From positions 47,105-111,104 of the forward strand of contig CAYFTJ010000001.1 in assembly GCA_964346155.1 (NCBI GenBank): 64,000 bases of DNA, in the 5' to 3' direction. How positions within the stretch are numbered: the first letter of the stretch is position 1; each line of letters opens with the position of its first letter. The notes beneath the pieces are model-generated. The model had not been told where the DNA came from. It was given only the letters and a program-made list of their open reading frames with translations, and ran no database searches. A program made the position numbers and the translations under genes. Positions 52,204-60,950 of the stretch are shown one piece after another. The DNA comes from an uncultured Oscillospiraceae bacterium. GTDB taxonomy: Bacteria > Bacillota > Clostridia > Christensenellales > Aristaeellaceae.

Positions 52204-53178
52204 GTGTTTGGTAAAAGAGCTGATGGATGGCTTGTCAAAGACATAGATCCCATCGTATCTGTAACACCGTATTTTATGCCGATGCGCTGTGATGCTCAGG
52301 TCATGCTGGAACATGAACTTGATTATGAAGCATTGGCACGTTATATCGTGCGTAAAGGCGAAGAAGCCTATAAAATTTCCTTTATGGACATTATCATTGC
52401 TGCATATGTACGAACTGTTGCTGAAATGCCCAGTTTAAACCGTTTTGTTGCAAACAAGCGTTTATACGCTCGCAATGAACTGACTGTATCTTTTGCCGTT
52501 TTACAAAACTTTCCCGACGGTAGGCAAGAAGAAAACACTGTTAAAGTTAAATATGACCCGCATGACACTGTTTTTGATGTCGCTGCTCGTAACCAAAAAG
52601 AGATAAAAGCAGCAGCTGTCGGTCAGGCAAACAACAATACTTTGAAAATTGTCCGTTTATTAAAGTATCCTCTTGTTGCCAATATTTTGGTTGGGCTTGC
52701 TAAAATTCTTGATCGTTATGGGTTGATTCCCAAGGCCATTATCAATGAAAGTCCTTTCCATACCGGTATGTTTATAACCAATGTTGCCTCGATTGGGCTG
52801 CCGTCCGTTCTTCACCACATTTATAATTTCGGAACAACTTCTGTTTTTGTATCTATGGGCTCCAATGTAAAAAAACTGGAACTGACCCGTGAGGGCAAGG
52901 TAAGACGGGCGCGCAAACTGCCTTTGGGCATTGTAGTGGACGAGCGTATCTGTCCTGGGCTTACTTATTCAAAAGTCTTGGCTCGCTTCTTTGAATGCTT
53001 GAAGGATCCTGAGCTTTTAGAGCAGCCACCGGAACAAGTTAATTTTGACGAGGGACACGTCTATGCGGAGCCCAGTGTCAAAATCAAAAAACGCCGTTTT
53101 AGACGGCTTTTGAGATTGGTAAGGCTTAAAAGGTCACCCAAGTCTGAAAATGACGATATTACCCCTCTTGTTGGATAA
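52204..53178 (+). CDS. CAT-fold/2-oxoacid dehydrogenase acyltransferase-like protein with a basic C-terminal tail (function unknown)
   Basis: The GTG start is preceded by aaaggagg. The N-terminus (MFGKRADGWLVKDIDP) and the overall pattern resemble stand-alone E2-catalytic-domain-like proteins of Clostridia, as I recall them. VVDERICPG sits where DHRxxDG is expected. Confidence 0.5.
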   Translation: MFGKRADGWLVKDIDPIVSVTPYFMPMRCDAQVMLEHELDYEALARYIVRKGEEAYKISFMDIIIAAYVRTVAEMPSLNRFVANKRLYARNELTVSFAVLQNFPDGRQEENTVKVKYDPHDTVFDVAARNQKEIKAAAVGQANNNTLKIVRLLKYPLVANILVGLAKILDRYGLIPKAIINESPFHTGMFITNVASIGLPSVLHHIYNFGTTSVFVSMGSNVKKLELTREGKVRRARKLPLGIVVDERICPGLTYSKVLARFFECLKDPELLEQPPEQVNFDEGHVYAEPSVKIKKRRFRRLLRLVRLKRSPKSENDDITPLVG

Positions 53179-53210
53179 AAAACCGCCGCATGAATCGGCG
53201 GTTTTCATTT
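53177..53210. terminator. Terminator between convergent genes
   Basis: The sequence aaaaccgccg-catgaat-cggcggtttt forms a stem flanked by an A-run and a T-run. Confidence 0.6.
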
Positions 53211-53233
53211 AATTAATTGAGCAAAATGGTGCA

Positions 53234-53962
53234 TTAGAACTTGCCGCTGCGACCGCCATAAGACCTACCGCTTGAAGAAGAAACAGATCTGCCACCGCCA
53301 GAAGAACCGGACGATTTGTTGCTTTCTATTTTAGTACGCGTCACAGTTTTATAAAGGTAAATATCTTCTTTACGGGTGAGGTTGATGGCATTGGGCGTAT
53401 AATAATTGGCTGCATGCTTTGGTTTTGCGTGCTTCATTTGCTGAATCATCAAGAATACAATTATTAAGGCCACGAAAGCAGCAACAGGTACAATCACAAT
53501 CAAGGGAAGGCGAAAAGTCATACGATTATCTACATATTCCAGATAGCTCTTAAACCCTTGATAGTAATCACCCTTCGTTAGATGAGGGGCAATAACATCA
53601 GGAAGTACAGAGTCTTCACTATAGGTAAACTTCTTTTCAATCCTTTCTCCGTAGGCAGCCTCCCCGTAGCTTCGAATATCCATGCAGATAGCGAAAATGA
53701 GGGCTTCTTCAGGAAAAGGTTCGGAGCGTTTTGTTTCATAAAATTCAATGGCAAACAGGTCGGGCTTCATACCTGAGCTGTCATTGGTTGTAATCAACAT
53801 CAAATCCAGTTGATGCTTTTGTGAAATTTGTTCCAATTGAGCATTGAGAAGTTGCTCTTCTTGCTCGGTTAAAAGGTCAGCCAAATCATACACTTCAGCA
53901 TAGGATGCAAAGGAAAACAACAATACTAAAAGAAGTGATAGAGCCACTATTTTCTTTTTCAT
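53234..53962 (-). CDS. TPM-domain (YgcG-like) membrane protein with a Gly/Ser/Arg-rich tail
   Basis: It has a signal peptide, a TPM-like start (VYDLADLLTEQEEQLLNAQLEQI..LDLMLITT), a TM helix (LIVIVPVAAFVALIIVFLMI) and the tail SSGSSGGGRSVSSSSGRSYGGRSGKF. Confidence 0.75.
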   Translation of the reverse strand: MKKKIVALSLLLVLLFSFASYAEVYDLADLLTEQEEQLLNAQLEQISQKHQLDLMLITTNDSSGMKPDLFAIEFYETKRSEPFPEEALIFAICMDIRSYGEAAYGERIEKKFTYSEDSVLPDVIAPHLTKGDYYQGFKSYLEYVDNRMTFRLPLIVIVPVAAFVALIIVFLMIQQMKHAKPKHAANYYTPNAINLTRKEDIYLYKTVTRTKIESNKSSGSSGGGRSVSSSSGRSYGGRSGKF

Positions 53963-55056
53963 ACAATCACCCCCAAGAGGTACAGTAACCAGTAACCGAG
54001 GCTTCCAATAGCGCTAAAGCCTAAAGTGAGCGATGCGAACCAAAGCAAGGCTGATTTTTTAGAATAAGGAATGTTACAGGTAAATTCGCCTGTCTGTCCG
54101 TTGATTGCAAAGGAGTAGGTTTGATTATCTTTTTTTGTTGTAATATGCCATAATGGGAAAAGAGCTCCTTCGCTTTTACCGCTTGGCACATGAATCCTTG
54201 AGGCGCGCGGCACAGCGGAGTCATACATGGTGGTTGTAGTCTGAAGCGCTGAAGCAACGCTGTTGGAGATACGTTCATCGGCCCGCTTTTTACATGTTTC
54301 ACTATCTACATCCGCACGGTCTGCTAAGCTCCCTGCAAGGATAGGGAAAGAGAAAGGGAGAGCTGAATCGGCATTAAAAGGCTCAATAGATTCAGTCACC
54401 TCATTGGGTATTTTGGAATGAGCGTCAACCGGAAGATTGACAAAATCTAATGTACCGGCCCTACGCACCAAAAAATGTCTTGTAGTCGTAACGCGGTAAT
54501 TTCCTTCACGGCTTGTACTGACTTTAGTGGCATTGTACGTAACATCGCCTGAAGCGTTGCCGGAAAAAAGCCAATAGGGGACATAGAGCTTACGTATGTT
54601 GTCGATGCGGTTATTGCGTTTTAAAATGTTAGGCAAAAGTTTTTTCTTTTTAAAGTAGTCTTTGAAAATTTTTGCCGCCTGCTCTTCTGTAATCAGAAAA
54701 GGCAGGATTTTTGCCGGCAAAGTTGTTTGAGTAAACTGGGAAGGGATAACGGTTGGACTTCCACAAAAAGCGCAGAATGAGGCCACAGTTGTTTCATCCG
54801 TCATTAAATCCGCACCACAATTGGTACAGTGATAGGCCTTAGCTGATGCAAGAATATCTTCATCCATTTCCAAAGTTGATTCTGACCATGAGGAAAACTC
54901 TTTTTCCTGGTTTTCATCAATTAAGGTGCGTTGATAAGTTTCTAATACATCCAATGAAAAACTATTGCCGCAGTGTCCGCAAGTCATCTCGGCCGAACGG
55001 CCATCGTAGGTAAGAGAACTTCCGCACGACGGGCATTGATATGTGATGGCAGCCAT
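53959..55056 (-). CDS. Double zinc-ribbon protein with a C-terminal TM helix (hypothetical)
   Basis: It has two zinc ribbons (CPSCG..CGHCG and CTNCG..CAFCG), a beta-rich middle and a C-terminal helix (LLWFASLTLGFSAIGSLGYWLLYLLGVIV). It overlaps the TPM gene by 4 nt. Confidence 0.55.
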   Translation of the reverse strand: MAAITYQCPSCGSSLTYDGRSAEMTCGHCGNSFSLDVLETYQRTLIDENQEKEFSSWSESTLEMDEDILASAKAYHCTNCGADLMTDETTVASFCAFCGSPTVIPSQFTQTTLPAKILPFLITEEQAAKIFKDYFKKKKLLPNILKRNNRIDNIRKLYVPYWLFSGNASGDVTYNATKVSTSREGNYRVTTTRHFLVRRAGTLDFVNLPVDAHSKIPNEVTESIEPFNADSALPFSFPILAGSLADRADVDSETCKKRADERISNSVASALQTTTTMYDSAVPRASRIHVPSGKSEGALFPLWHITTKKDNQTYSFAINGQTGEFTCNIPYSKKSALLWFASLTLGFSAIGSLGYWLLYLLGVIV

Positions 55057-55086
55057 TTTTCACCTCCATGTGTTTTTGTTTTTTCC

Positions 55087-55114
55087 ATTATATCCAATTG
55101 GGGTTTGGAAGTAA
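55087..55114 (-). promoter_or_regulatory. Putative promoter of the zinc-ribbon/TPM operon
   Basis: The minus strand reads TTACTT-16 nt-TATAAT, back-to-back with the ctsR promoter. Confidence 0.35.
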
Positions 55115-55120
55115 AGGCTA

Positions 55121-55149
55121 TTGTTAATAAGTATAATCTGTGGTATATT
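55121..55149 (+). promoter_or_regulatory. Putative sigma-A promoter of the ctsR-mcsA-mcsB-clpC operon
   Basis: It reads TTGTTA-17 nt-TATATT. Confidence 0.5.
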
Positions 55150-55155
55150 ATAGAT

Positions 55156-55172
55156 AGTCAAAGAAAGACAAA
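55156..55172 (+). promoter_or_regulatory. CtsR operator (heptad direct repeat)
   Basis: AGTCAAA-GAA-AGACAAA matches the consensus RGTCAAA-NAN-RGTCAAA. It lies just downstream of the -10 element and upstream of ctsR, consistent with autoregulation. Confidence 0.65.
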
Positions 55173-55194
55173 CTTTGATGTGAAAGGGTTCGAC

Positions 55195-55680
55195 ATGAAA
55201 CTGAGTGATTTAATAGAACAGTTTATCAGAGAAATGTTTTTTGAAGATGAGGTGGTTCTTCAGCGCAATGAACTGGCTGCCTATTTCCGCTGTTCTCCTT
55301 CACAGATTAATTATGTTCTTACAACCAGATTTTCTCCGGAATCCGGGTACTTGATTAAAAGCAGCCGCGGCGGGGGGGGAAGCATACGCATCAGGCGACT
55401 TCATGCGGAAAGCTGTGACTATATGCAGTATTTAATGCAGCATCACCTTTCCGAACCTATGACCCAGCAAGATGTGAAATTTTTGTGTTTAGAACTGGAA
55501 GATCGGGGGATTATGAATGCTCAAGACCGTGAGCTTATTCTATCTGCAACCAGCAATCAAGCCCTTGTTGCACCTGTTTCAACAACAATCAAAAACAGTC
55601 TAAGAACAGAAATCACCCGGAACATGCTGTTAACTATCCTTGCTCGAAGAGGAAAGGAGAACGAGGAAAATGAAATGTGA
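55195..55680 (+). CDS. ctsR: Class III stress-gene repressor CtsR
   Basis: The sequence reads SDLIEQFIREM..ELAAYFRCSPSQINYVLTTRF..SSRGGGGSIRI. I prefer the start at ATG 55195; the ORF-track N-terminal extension covers the promoter. Confidence 0.9.
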   Translation: MKLSDLIEQFIREMFFEDEVVLQRNELAAYFRCSPSQINYVLTTRFSPESGYLIKSSRGGGGSIRIRRLHAESCDYMQYLMQHHLSEPMTQQDVKFLCLELEDRGIMNAQDRELILSATSNQALVAPVSTTIKNSLRTEITRNMLLTILARRGKENEENEM

Positions 55681-56122
55681 AATTTGTTCCCAAAATGAAG
55701 CAACGATTCACTTCCAAATTTTTCAAAACGGCAAAATGATTACTCGTGCCGTATGTTCTTCTTGCGCCATGCAGGCACAAGCAACATTTTTTAAAGCATT
55801 CAGGACCTTACGTTCTGAGAAGAAAATAACCACTCCGGTTTCTAACAAGCCTAAACTAAGCTGTTCTTACTGCCGTACCGGTTTCCATCAAGTGGATGAA
55901 AATACGGTCTTAGGTTGTTCTAAGTGTTATGAAGCTATACAGACACTGGAAGACAATCGAACAGATATGTTTTCCACTTATGAAAATCAGAAGAAAAGCA
56001 ACTTAGCTCATTGGGAGCATTTATTAAGAGAATCCATCGTTCTGGAAAACTACGAGCGGGCAGCTTTAATACGTGACCATATTAATCATTTGACAAAAGT
56101 TGAAGATACAGATGCCAAATAA
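55670..56122 (+). CDS. mcsA: McsA-like protein (zinc fingers plus UVR motif)
   Basis: It has four CxxC pairs (CEIC, CSSC, CSYC, CSKC) and a UVR-like motif (LENYERAALIRDHINHL). It overlaps ctsR by 11 nt. Confidence 0.8.
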   Translation: MKCEICSQNEATIHFQIFQNGKMITRAVCSSCAMQAQATFFKAFRTLRSEKKITTPVSNKPKLSCSYCRTGFHQVDENTVLGCSKCYEAIQTLEDNRTDMFSTYENQKKSNLAHWEHLLRESIVLENYERAALIRDHINHLTKVEDTDAK

Positions 56123-57065
56123 TTTAGTGTTTACGCAAGGTGTTGCGCTCCTACGAAATTATGCGCAATTGCCTTTTCCGCATAAAATGACAGAAGAAGA
56201 ATTAGACACCTCGTTATCTTGGGTTATGGAAGCGCTTTCAAGTCATCACTCAAACAGTACACAGGTTGATAGGTTTCTGCTTAATGAAATACCTTTAGAA
56301 CTGTTTGGTGTGGTAAACGCTAAAGCCGCGCATATTTACAAAATCAATCATTCAACGCAGCTTCTTATCAATGCAGAAAACGGTCTCTCGATTGTTTCCA
56401 CTTCCAGTGACTTAAATCAAGCCTTAATGCATGCAAAACAAGTTGAAGCTGATTTGTTCAAAGAGCATGAAGCTGCCTTCTTGTCCGGAACAGGATATTT
56501 AACAACACGCTATGGAGACTCCGGTAGTGGCGTTCGAATCTTCCAGGTGCTTCATTTGCCTGTATTGTCGGCGCTTCGCAAAGAACAAAGTATAAGAGAT
56601 TTGATGGAAAAGAATTTTCAGTCAAGTTTGGAAAAAGTAAGAATTTCCGGCGCCGGACAAGAAGGCAATCTATACTTCCTCAGTACAATCGAAACGCCTG
56701 AAGGTGATGGCGTTGCAAGACTAAAACTTGCATCTACAGCCCTTACTGAGCAGGAAAAGGAAGCTTCAACAAACATTTTTTCCAATCATTATTCTTCCTT
56801 ATACGATACGATTTGGCGCTCACTCGGCTTGTTGACACATGCTCGCCGCCTTTATCAGGAAGAAACGATCAAGGCTTGGTCATGTCTTCGTATGGGGGCA
56901 GAAAATGACATTCTGCCGTTAACGGTTGAACAAGTGGATCGTTTGCTGAAAACCTACTGTATCCCCAAAAACCACGCCGAAAGCTTAAGCGCCTTGCGTA
57001 GTAAAAGAATAAGAGTATTATTAAAGGAGTACGAAAATGCCTCGAATGGGACGTTTAACCAATAA
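56100..57065 (+). CDS. mcsB: McsB-like protein arginine kinase homologue (divergent and short)
   Basis: Position between mcsA and clpC supports the call. It aligns to McsB landmarks (ALLRNYAQLPFP, LLINAENGLSIV, GYLTTRYGDSGSGVRIF, VRISGAGQEG). The start is TTG 56100, or alternatively ATG 56112. Confidence 0.7.
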   Translation: MKIQMPNNLVFTQGVALLRNYAQLPFPHKMTEEELDTSLSWVMEALSSHHSNSTQVDRFLLNEIPLELFGVVNAKAAHIYKINHSTQLLINAENGLSIVSTSSDLNQALMHAKQVEADLFKEHEAAFLSGTGYLTTRYGDSGSGVRIFQVLHLPVLSALRKEQSIRDLMEKNFQSSLEKVRISGAGQEGNLYFLSTIETPEGDGVARLKLASTALTEQEKEASTNIFSNHYSSLYDTIWRSLGLLTHARRLYQEETIKAWSCLRMGAENDILPLTVEQVDRLLKTYCIPKNHAESLSALRSKRIRVLLKEYENASNGTFNQ

Positions 57066-59499
57066 AGCACAAAAAGTTATTCGTTATGCGCAAATAAGTG
57101 CAGCGCAGATGAAACATGGATATATCGGAACGGAACATCTTTTACTTGGTCTAATAGCTGAAGCAAGAGATTTGGTTCCGTCCTTACCTTCCAATGTAGA
57201 ACTTTCCAACATTCGCCAGATTGTGGATCAGTTATATAAAAAGGAGAATACCCCCCCTCAAATGCTGGAAATGACACCAAAGCTAAAACAACTGCTTGAT
57301 CAGGTTACTATTCAGGTACAGGAAAATGATTTGCCCGCAATTTCTGCCGGTATGCTTTGGCTACAATTACTTGAAGATCCAACCAATGTAGCTCTCAGAG
57401 TATTAAGTATTTATGGAGCCGATCCTGAAAAACTGAAACTTGATTTGGCCAACGCAAACCCTGAGAATGAGGATATTGAGCAAGATAGTGAACAGGCTTC
57501 TGCTCTTGAAAAGTATGCCAGAGATTTAACACAAATGGCTCAAGATGGATTTTTGGACCCAGTTATCGGTCGTGAGCGGGAAATTGACCGCATGATTCAT
57601 ATTTTAGCCAGGAGAACCAAAAACAACCCCGTTTTGATTGGGGAACCGGGAGTGGGTAAAAGCGCTGTGGCTGATGGATTAGCCCAGCTGATTGTTTTGG
57701 ACAAAGTGCCCAGTACCTTAAAAAATAAACGTCTTCTTTCTCTTGAAATGAGCACAATGGTTGCGGGAACCAAGTTTCGGGGCGAATTTGAGGAGCGCAT
57801 GAAAGCCGTTATTGACGAACTGCGTGAAAGAAAAGATGTGCTCTTGTTTATTGACGAAATACAAACCATTGTCGGTGCTGGCAAAGCAGAAGGCAGTATG
57901 GATGCTGCGGGTATCTTAAAGCCGGCATTGGCAAGGGGGGAGCTGCAATGTATTGGCGCAACAACCTTGGATGATTATCGAAAATATATTGAAAAAGACT
58001 CGGCTTTAAGCAGACGTTTTCAACCCGTTATGGTTGAAGAGCCGGATGAAGAAGCTTCTATCAATATTTTAATGGGACTGAAAGAGAAATATGAGGAGTT
58101 CCATCAGGTAAACATTCCATACGATGTTATTAAGCAAGCGGTTCATTTGTCTGTGCGTTACATTCCTGATAGGTTTTTGCCCGACAAGGCAATCGATTTA
58201 ATTGATGAAGCCGCTGCTGCAGTATCCCTCGCGCATGACAAGGTACCTACTCGCCTGGATGAGGTTGAAGAAGAGCTGGACTTACTGGCTCAAGATAAAA
58301 TGCGAGCGCTTAACAAACAGGAATATGAACAAGCCGCTTTGCTGCGAGACAGAGAAGAAGAAGTACGCAAAGAGCTAGAGGTGATTCGTTCAACAAAGAA
58401 AGAATACACTGAAAACCTCCCTAAAGTAGATGTATCCACGATTGAACGAATCGTAGCCCAATGGACAGGGATTCCTGTAACACAATTAACAGAGAAAGAA
58501 GAATCTCAACTGCTTGAGCTTGAAGAGAAGCTACAAAAGCGGGTAATTGGGCAGTCTGAAGCTGTTACCGCCGTAAGTAAGGCCATACGGCGCGCAAGAG
58601 CCGGGCTTCAGGATCCCAGGCGGCCTTTAGGTTCATTCCTGTTTCTGGGGCCCACAGGTGTTGGAAAAACAGAGTTGTGCCGAGCCTTAAGCCAGGCAGT
58701 CTTTGGCAGCGAAGATGCCATGATTCGCTTGGATATGAGCGAGTACATGGAAAAACATACAGTATCTCGTATGATTGGTTCACCGCCCGGATACGTAGGA
58801 CACGAAGATGGGGGACAGTTAACCGAAGCGGTAAGACGCCGTCCCTATAGCTTGGTCCTGTTTGATGAAATCGAAAAAGCTCATCCGGACGTGTTTAATA
58901 TGCTCTTGCAGGTATTAGAGGACGGAAGGCTGACAGATAACATAGGCCGGGTCACGAACTTTAGAAACACCATCATTGTGCTTACAAGTAATGCAGGTAC
59001 CCAATCTATTTCTGAAGATCGCTCCTTAGGTTTTGGGCAACGCGATTCCCAAATGATGGATTACAATACTGTAAAAGACATTGTGCTTGACAAAACAAGG
59101 GAAATATTCAAACCGGAATTTTTAAATCGCTTGGACGAGCAAATCGTTTTCCACTCTTTAGGGGAAGAACAAATGTTTGATATTGCCAAGAAAATGCTCA
59201 ATGAATTGGCTCAAAGAGTAAAGCTAAGAGAAATGAAGCTCTTATTTGATGAAGAAGCTACACATTATCTGGCCAAGAAAGGTTTTGACCCTAAATACGG
59301 CGCTCGTCCCTTAAGACGAACAATACAGCGTTTGGTAGAAGATCCATTGAGTGAACTTATTGTAAGCGGAGAACTTAAAACAGGTGACACAGTTCAAATG
59401 TACGTGGAAGAGCAAGAGTTGAGATTTAAAATTGAGAGCCCGCACGGCGACAACCATGACAACGAAATTGAACAAATCAATGAACTGATAAAAGTATAG
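57037..59499 (+). CDS. clpC: ATP-dependent Clp protease ATP-binding subunit ClpC
   Basis: It has Clp_N repeats, two AAA+ modules ([18 protein letters not shown]) and a UVR-like linker ([12 protein letters not shown]). The length is 820 aa. Confidence 0.95.
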   Translation: MPRMGRLTNKAQKVIRYAQISAAQMKHGYIGTEHLLLGLIAEARDLVPSLPSNVELSNIRQIVDQLYKKENTPPQMLEMTPKLKQLLDQVTIQVQENDLPAISAGMLWLQLLEDPTNVALRVLSIYGADPEKLKLDLANANPENEDIEQDSEQASALEKYARDLTQMAQDGFLDPVIGREREIDRMIHILARRTKNNPVLIGEPGVGKSAVADGLAQLIVLDKVPSTLKNKRLLSLEMSTMVAGTKFRGEFEERMKAVIDELRERKDVLLFIDEIQTIVGAGKAEGSMDAAGILKPALARGELQCIGATTLDDYRKYIEKDSALSRRFQPVMVEEPDEEASINILMGLKEKYEEFHQVNIPYDVIKQAVHLSVRYIPDRFLPDKAIDLIDEAAAAVSLAHDKVPTRLDEVEEELDLLAQDKMRALNKQEYEQAALLRDREEEVRKELEVIRSTKKEYTENLPKVDVSTIERIVAQWTGIPVTQLTEKEESQLLELEEKLQKRVIGQSEAVTAVSKAIRRARAGLQDPRRPLGSFLFLGPTGVGKTELCRALSQAVFGSEDAMIRLDMSEYMEKHTVSRMIGSPPGYVGHEDGGQLTEAVRRRPYSLVLFDEIEKAHPDVFNMLLQVLEDGRLTDNIGRVTNFRNTIIVLTSNAGTQSISEDRSLGFGQRDSQMMDYNTVKDIVLDKTREIFKPEFLNRLDEQIVFHSLGEEQMFDIAKKMLNELAQRVKLREMKLLFDEEATHYLAKKGFDPKYGARPLRRTIQRLVEDPLSELIVSGELKTGDTVQMYVEEQELRFKIESPHGDNHDNEIEQINELIKV

Positions 59500-59513
59500 G
59501 AATGAAAAAAGAA

Positions 59514-59549
59514 AATCGATGTGGATGATTTTACCCACATCGGTTTTTT
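59514..59549. terminator. Bidirectional terminator between clpC and the recombinase gene
   Basis: The arms cgatgtgg and ccacatcg form a stem flanked by an A-run and a T-run. Confidence 0.65.
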
Positions 59550-60663
59550 ATTCGCTTTCCTGATCAATATCGGGAAGAGGTATGCGCTTAGAGGCCTCTC
59601 GTTTATGGTAATCGCTCATAGCGGCATAATGCCGTCTGGTCGTATTGACATCCGAATGGCCTAAAGTATCGGCGACCAGATAAATATCTCCTGTTTCTTG
59701 GTATAAATTGGTTCCGAAAGTGGAACGAAGCTTGTGAGGACTTAGCTTTTTCTTAAGCGGTGCTCCGATTAACGCATACTTTTTAACCATGTTTTCAACA
59801 GCTCGCGTTGTCATACGCCTTTTTTGCAGTGAAAGAAAAAGGGCGTTTTCATGACCGGGTAAAGTTTCAACCGCTGTCCGTTCCTCAATATAACGCTTTA
59901 AAACATTTTTAACTTGATCAGAGAAGTATAATATCGTTTGATTACCGCCTTTACGGGTAACGACAAAACTGTTTTTATCCAAATCTATACTTGATAAATC
60001 TAAACCAACAAGCTCACTTACACGAATTCCAGTACCTAAAAAGAGAATTAAAATGGCTAAATCACGGCTTTTGGTTGCCTTGGCATACTGTTTTTGCTTT
60101 TCGCTTAAGCCTTCTTGATTGATAACAGCATCGATCATTTTTTGTACTTCATCCTCATCCATATAAAGAATAGGCTTTGATTTGCGCTTCGGTAATTCAA
60201 CCAAAGTGGCTACATTGGCTTGAATCAGTTCATTTTTGAACAAATAATCAAAAAAAGCACGTAAACTTGATAATTTACGCATAATCCCAGATGCGCTGTT
60301 TTGCACAAAAACGGGGGAGAGGTTAGCCTTAGTAGCAGTAGAATTTGATGATTCATCTGGTTTTTTCGCGTACTGAATTAAATAATCCTGAAAGCCTTCA
60401 ATGTCTCGTGCGGATATTGCGGCAATTTGTTCAGTAGTAATTAATTCAGGTGTACTATTCGCAAAAGACAACCTCTCATCACACAAATACTGAAAGAACA
60501 GTCGCAAGTCATAAGCGTAGGCTAACCGTGTGAGAGGGCTTTTGGTCTGTGAAATTGAACGAAAATAGTCTTGGCAGACCGAAGGTAACTCACGTAGTAA
60601 ATCTTTAATTCTTTGATTGTTCTTGTAGCTCTGCGCAACATAGTAACTGTTTATTTGTGCCAT
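59548..60663 (-). CDS. Tyrosine site-specific recombinase, XerS-like architecture
   Basis: Catalytic residues are in context (GTGIRVSE, HKLRSTFGT, LGHSDVNTTRRHY). It has an N-terminal SAM-like core-binding domain and the motif VTRKGG. The length is 371 aa. Confidence 0.8.
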   Translation of the reverse strand: MAQINSYYVAQSYKNNQRIKDLLRELPSVCQDYFRSISQTKSPLTRLAYAYDLRLFFQYLCDERLSFANSTPELITTEQIAAISARDIEGFQDYLIQYAKKPDESSNSTATKANLSPVFVQNSASGIMRKLSSLRAFFDYLFKNELIQANVATLVELPKRKSKPILYMDEDEVQKMIDAVINQEGLSEKQKQYAKATKSRDLAILILFLGTGIRVSELVGLDLSSIDLDKNSFVVTRKGGNQTILYFSDQVKNVLKRYIEERTAVETLPGHENALFLSLQKRRMTTRAVENMVKKYALIGAPLKKKLSPHKLRSTFGTNLYQETGDIYLVADTLGHSDVNTTRRHYAAMSDYHKREASKRIPLPDIDQESE

Positions 60664-60711
60664 AATGGGGAAATTCTCCGTTTATCAAATTTATAATGCG
60701 TTTAAATCGAT

Positions 60712-60739
60712 CATGTAAAAAGCATGAGATATTTACATG
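60712..60739. repeat. Inverted repeat CATGTAAA-N12-TTTACATG (28 bp overall) upstream of the recombinase gene
   Basis: The 8-bp arms are perfect. They extend to 11-bp arms (9/11 matching) around a 6-bp centre, CATGAG. On the minus strand one arm overlaps a TTTACA -35-like hexamer. Confidence 0.6.
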
Positions 60740-60918
60740 TAGGTTTACTCTCTGTTATTGATGGATACTTTGTAAAAACGAATAATAGATGAATAAGATA
60801 AGAATGATACATATTTTTTTTACATATAATCTATAGTAGTTGTATTTACTACTACACATACACGGACAAAGTACCCATCTCATCAACAATTATAAATGAA
60901 TTATCAAATTAAAGCAAT

Positions 60919-60950
60919 ACTCTTCGCAAAAGATGCCTTTTGCGAAGAGT
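60919..60950 (-). terminator. Strong hairpin terminator downstream of the nif3-like gene
   Basis: The 14-bp arms actcttcgcaaaag and cttttgcgaagagt flank a 4-nt loop. Confidence 0.65.

Noticed and set aside
51942-52314. Two small minus-strand ORFs (64 and 62 aa) upstream of pheS.
   Set aside because: They lie inside the T-box leader and promoter region, whose RNA motifs explain the sequence. The second also overlaps the start of the divergent 52204 gene.
54973-55194. The ORF-track N-terminal extension of ctsR (74 extra residues). Similar extensions occur at 22517-22693 (CNNM), 20139-20195 (sortase), 30678-30734 (LCP), 40912-40935 (recX) and 42240-42329 (tcdA).
   Set aside because: The extensions run through promoters, operators or neighbouring genes and lack Shine-Dalgarno motifs. 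Internal starts with good Shine-Dalgarno motifs reproduce the family-typical N-termini.
60800-60860. A canonical Bacillus-type dif site (ACTTCCTAGAATATATATTATGTAAACT), suggested by TATGTAAA and ACTAC..TAGA strings on the minus strand.
   Set aside because: Manual alignment needs several indels. The spacing between the TAGA and TGTAAA elements is about 5 nt too short, so this is not a canonical XerCD dif site. The 7-bp inverted repeat TAGTAGT-N7-ACTACTA here is too short to interpret.
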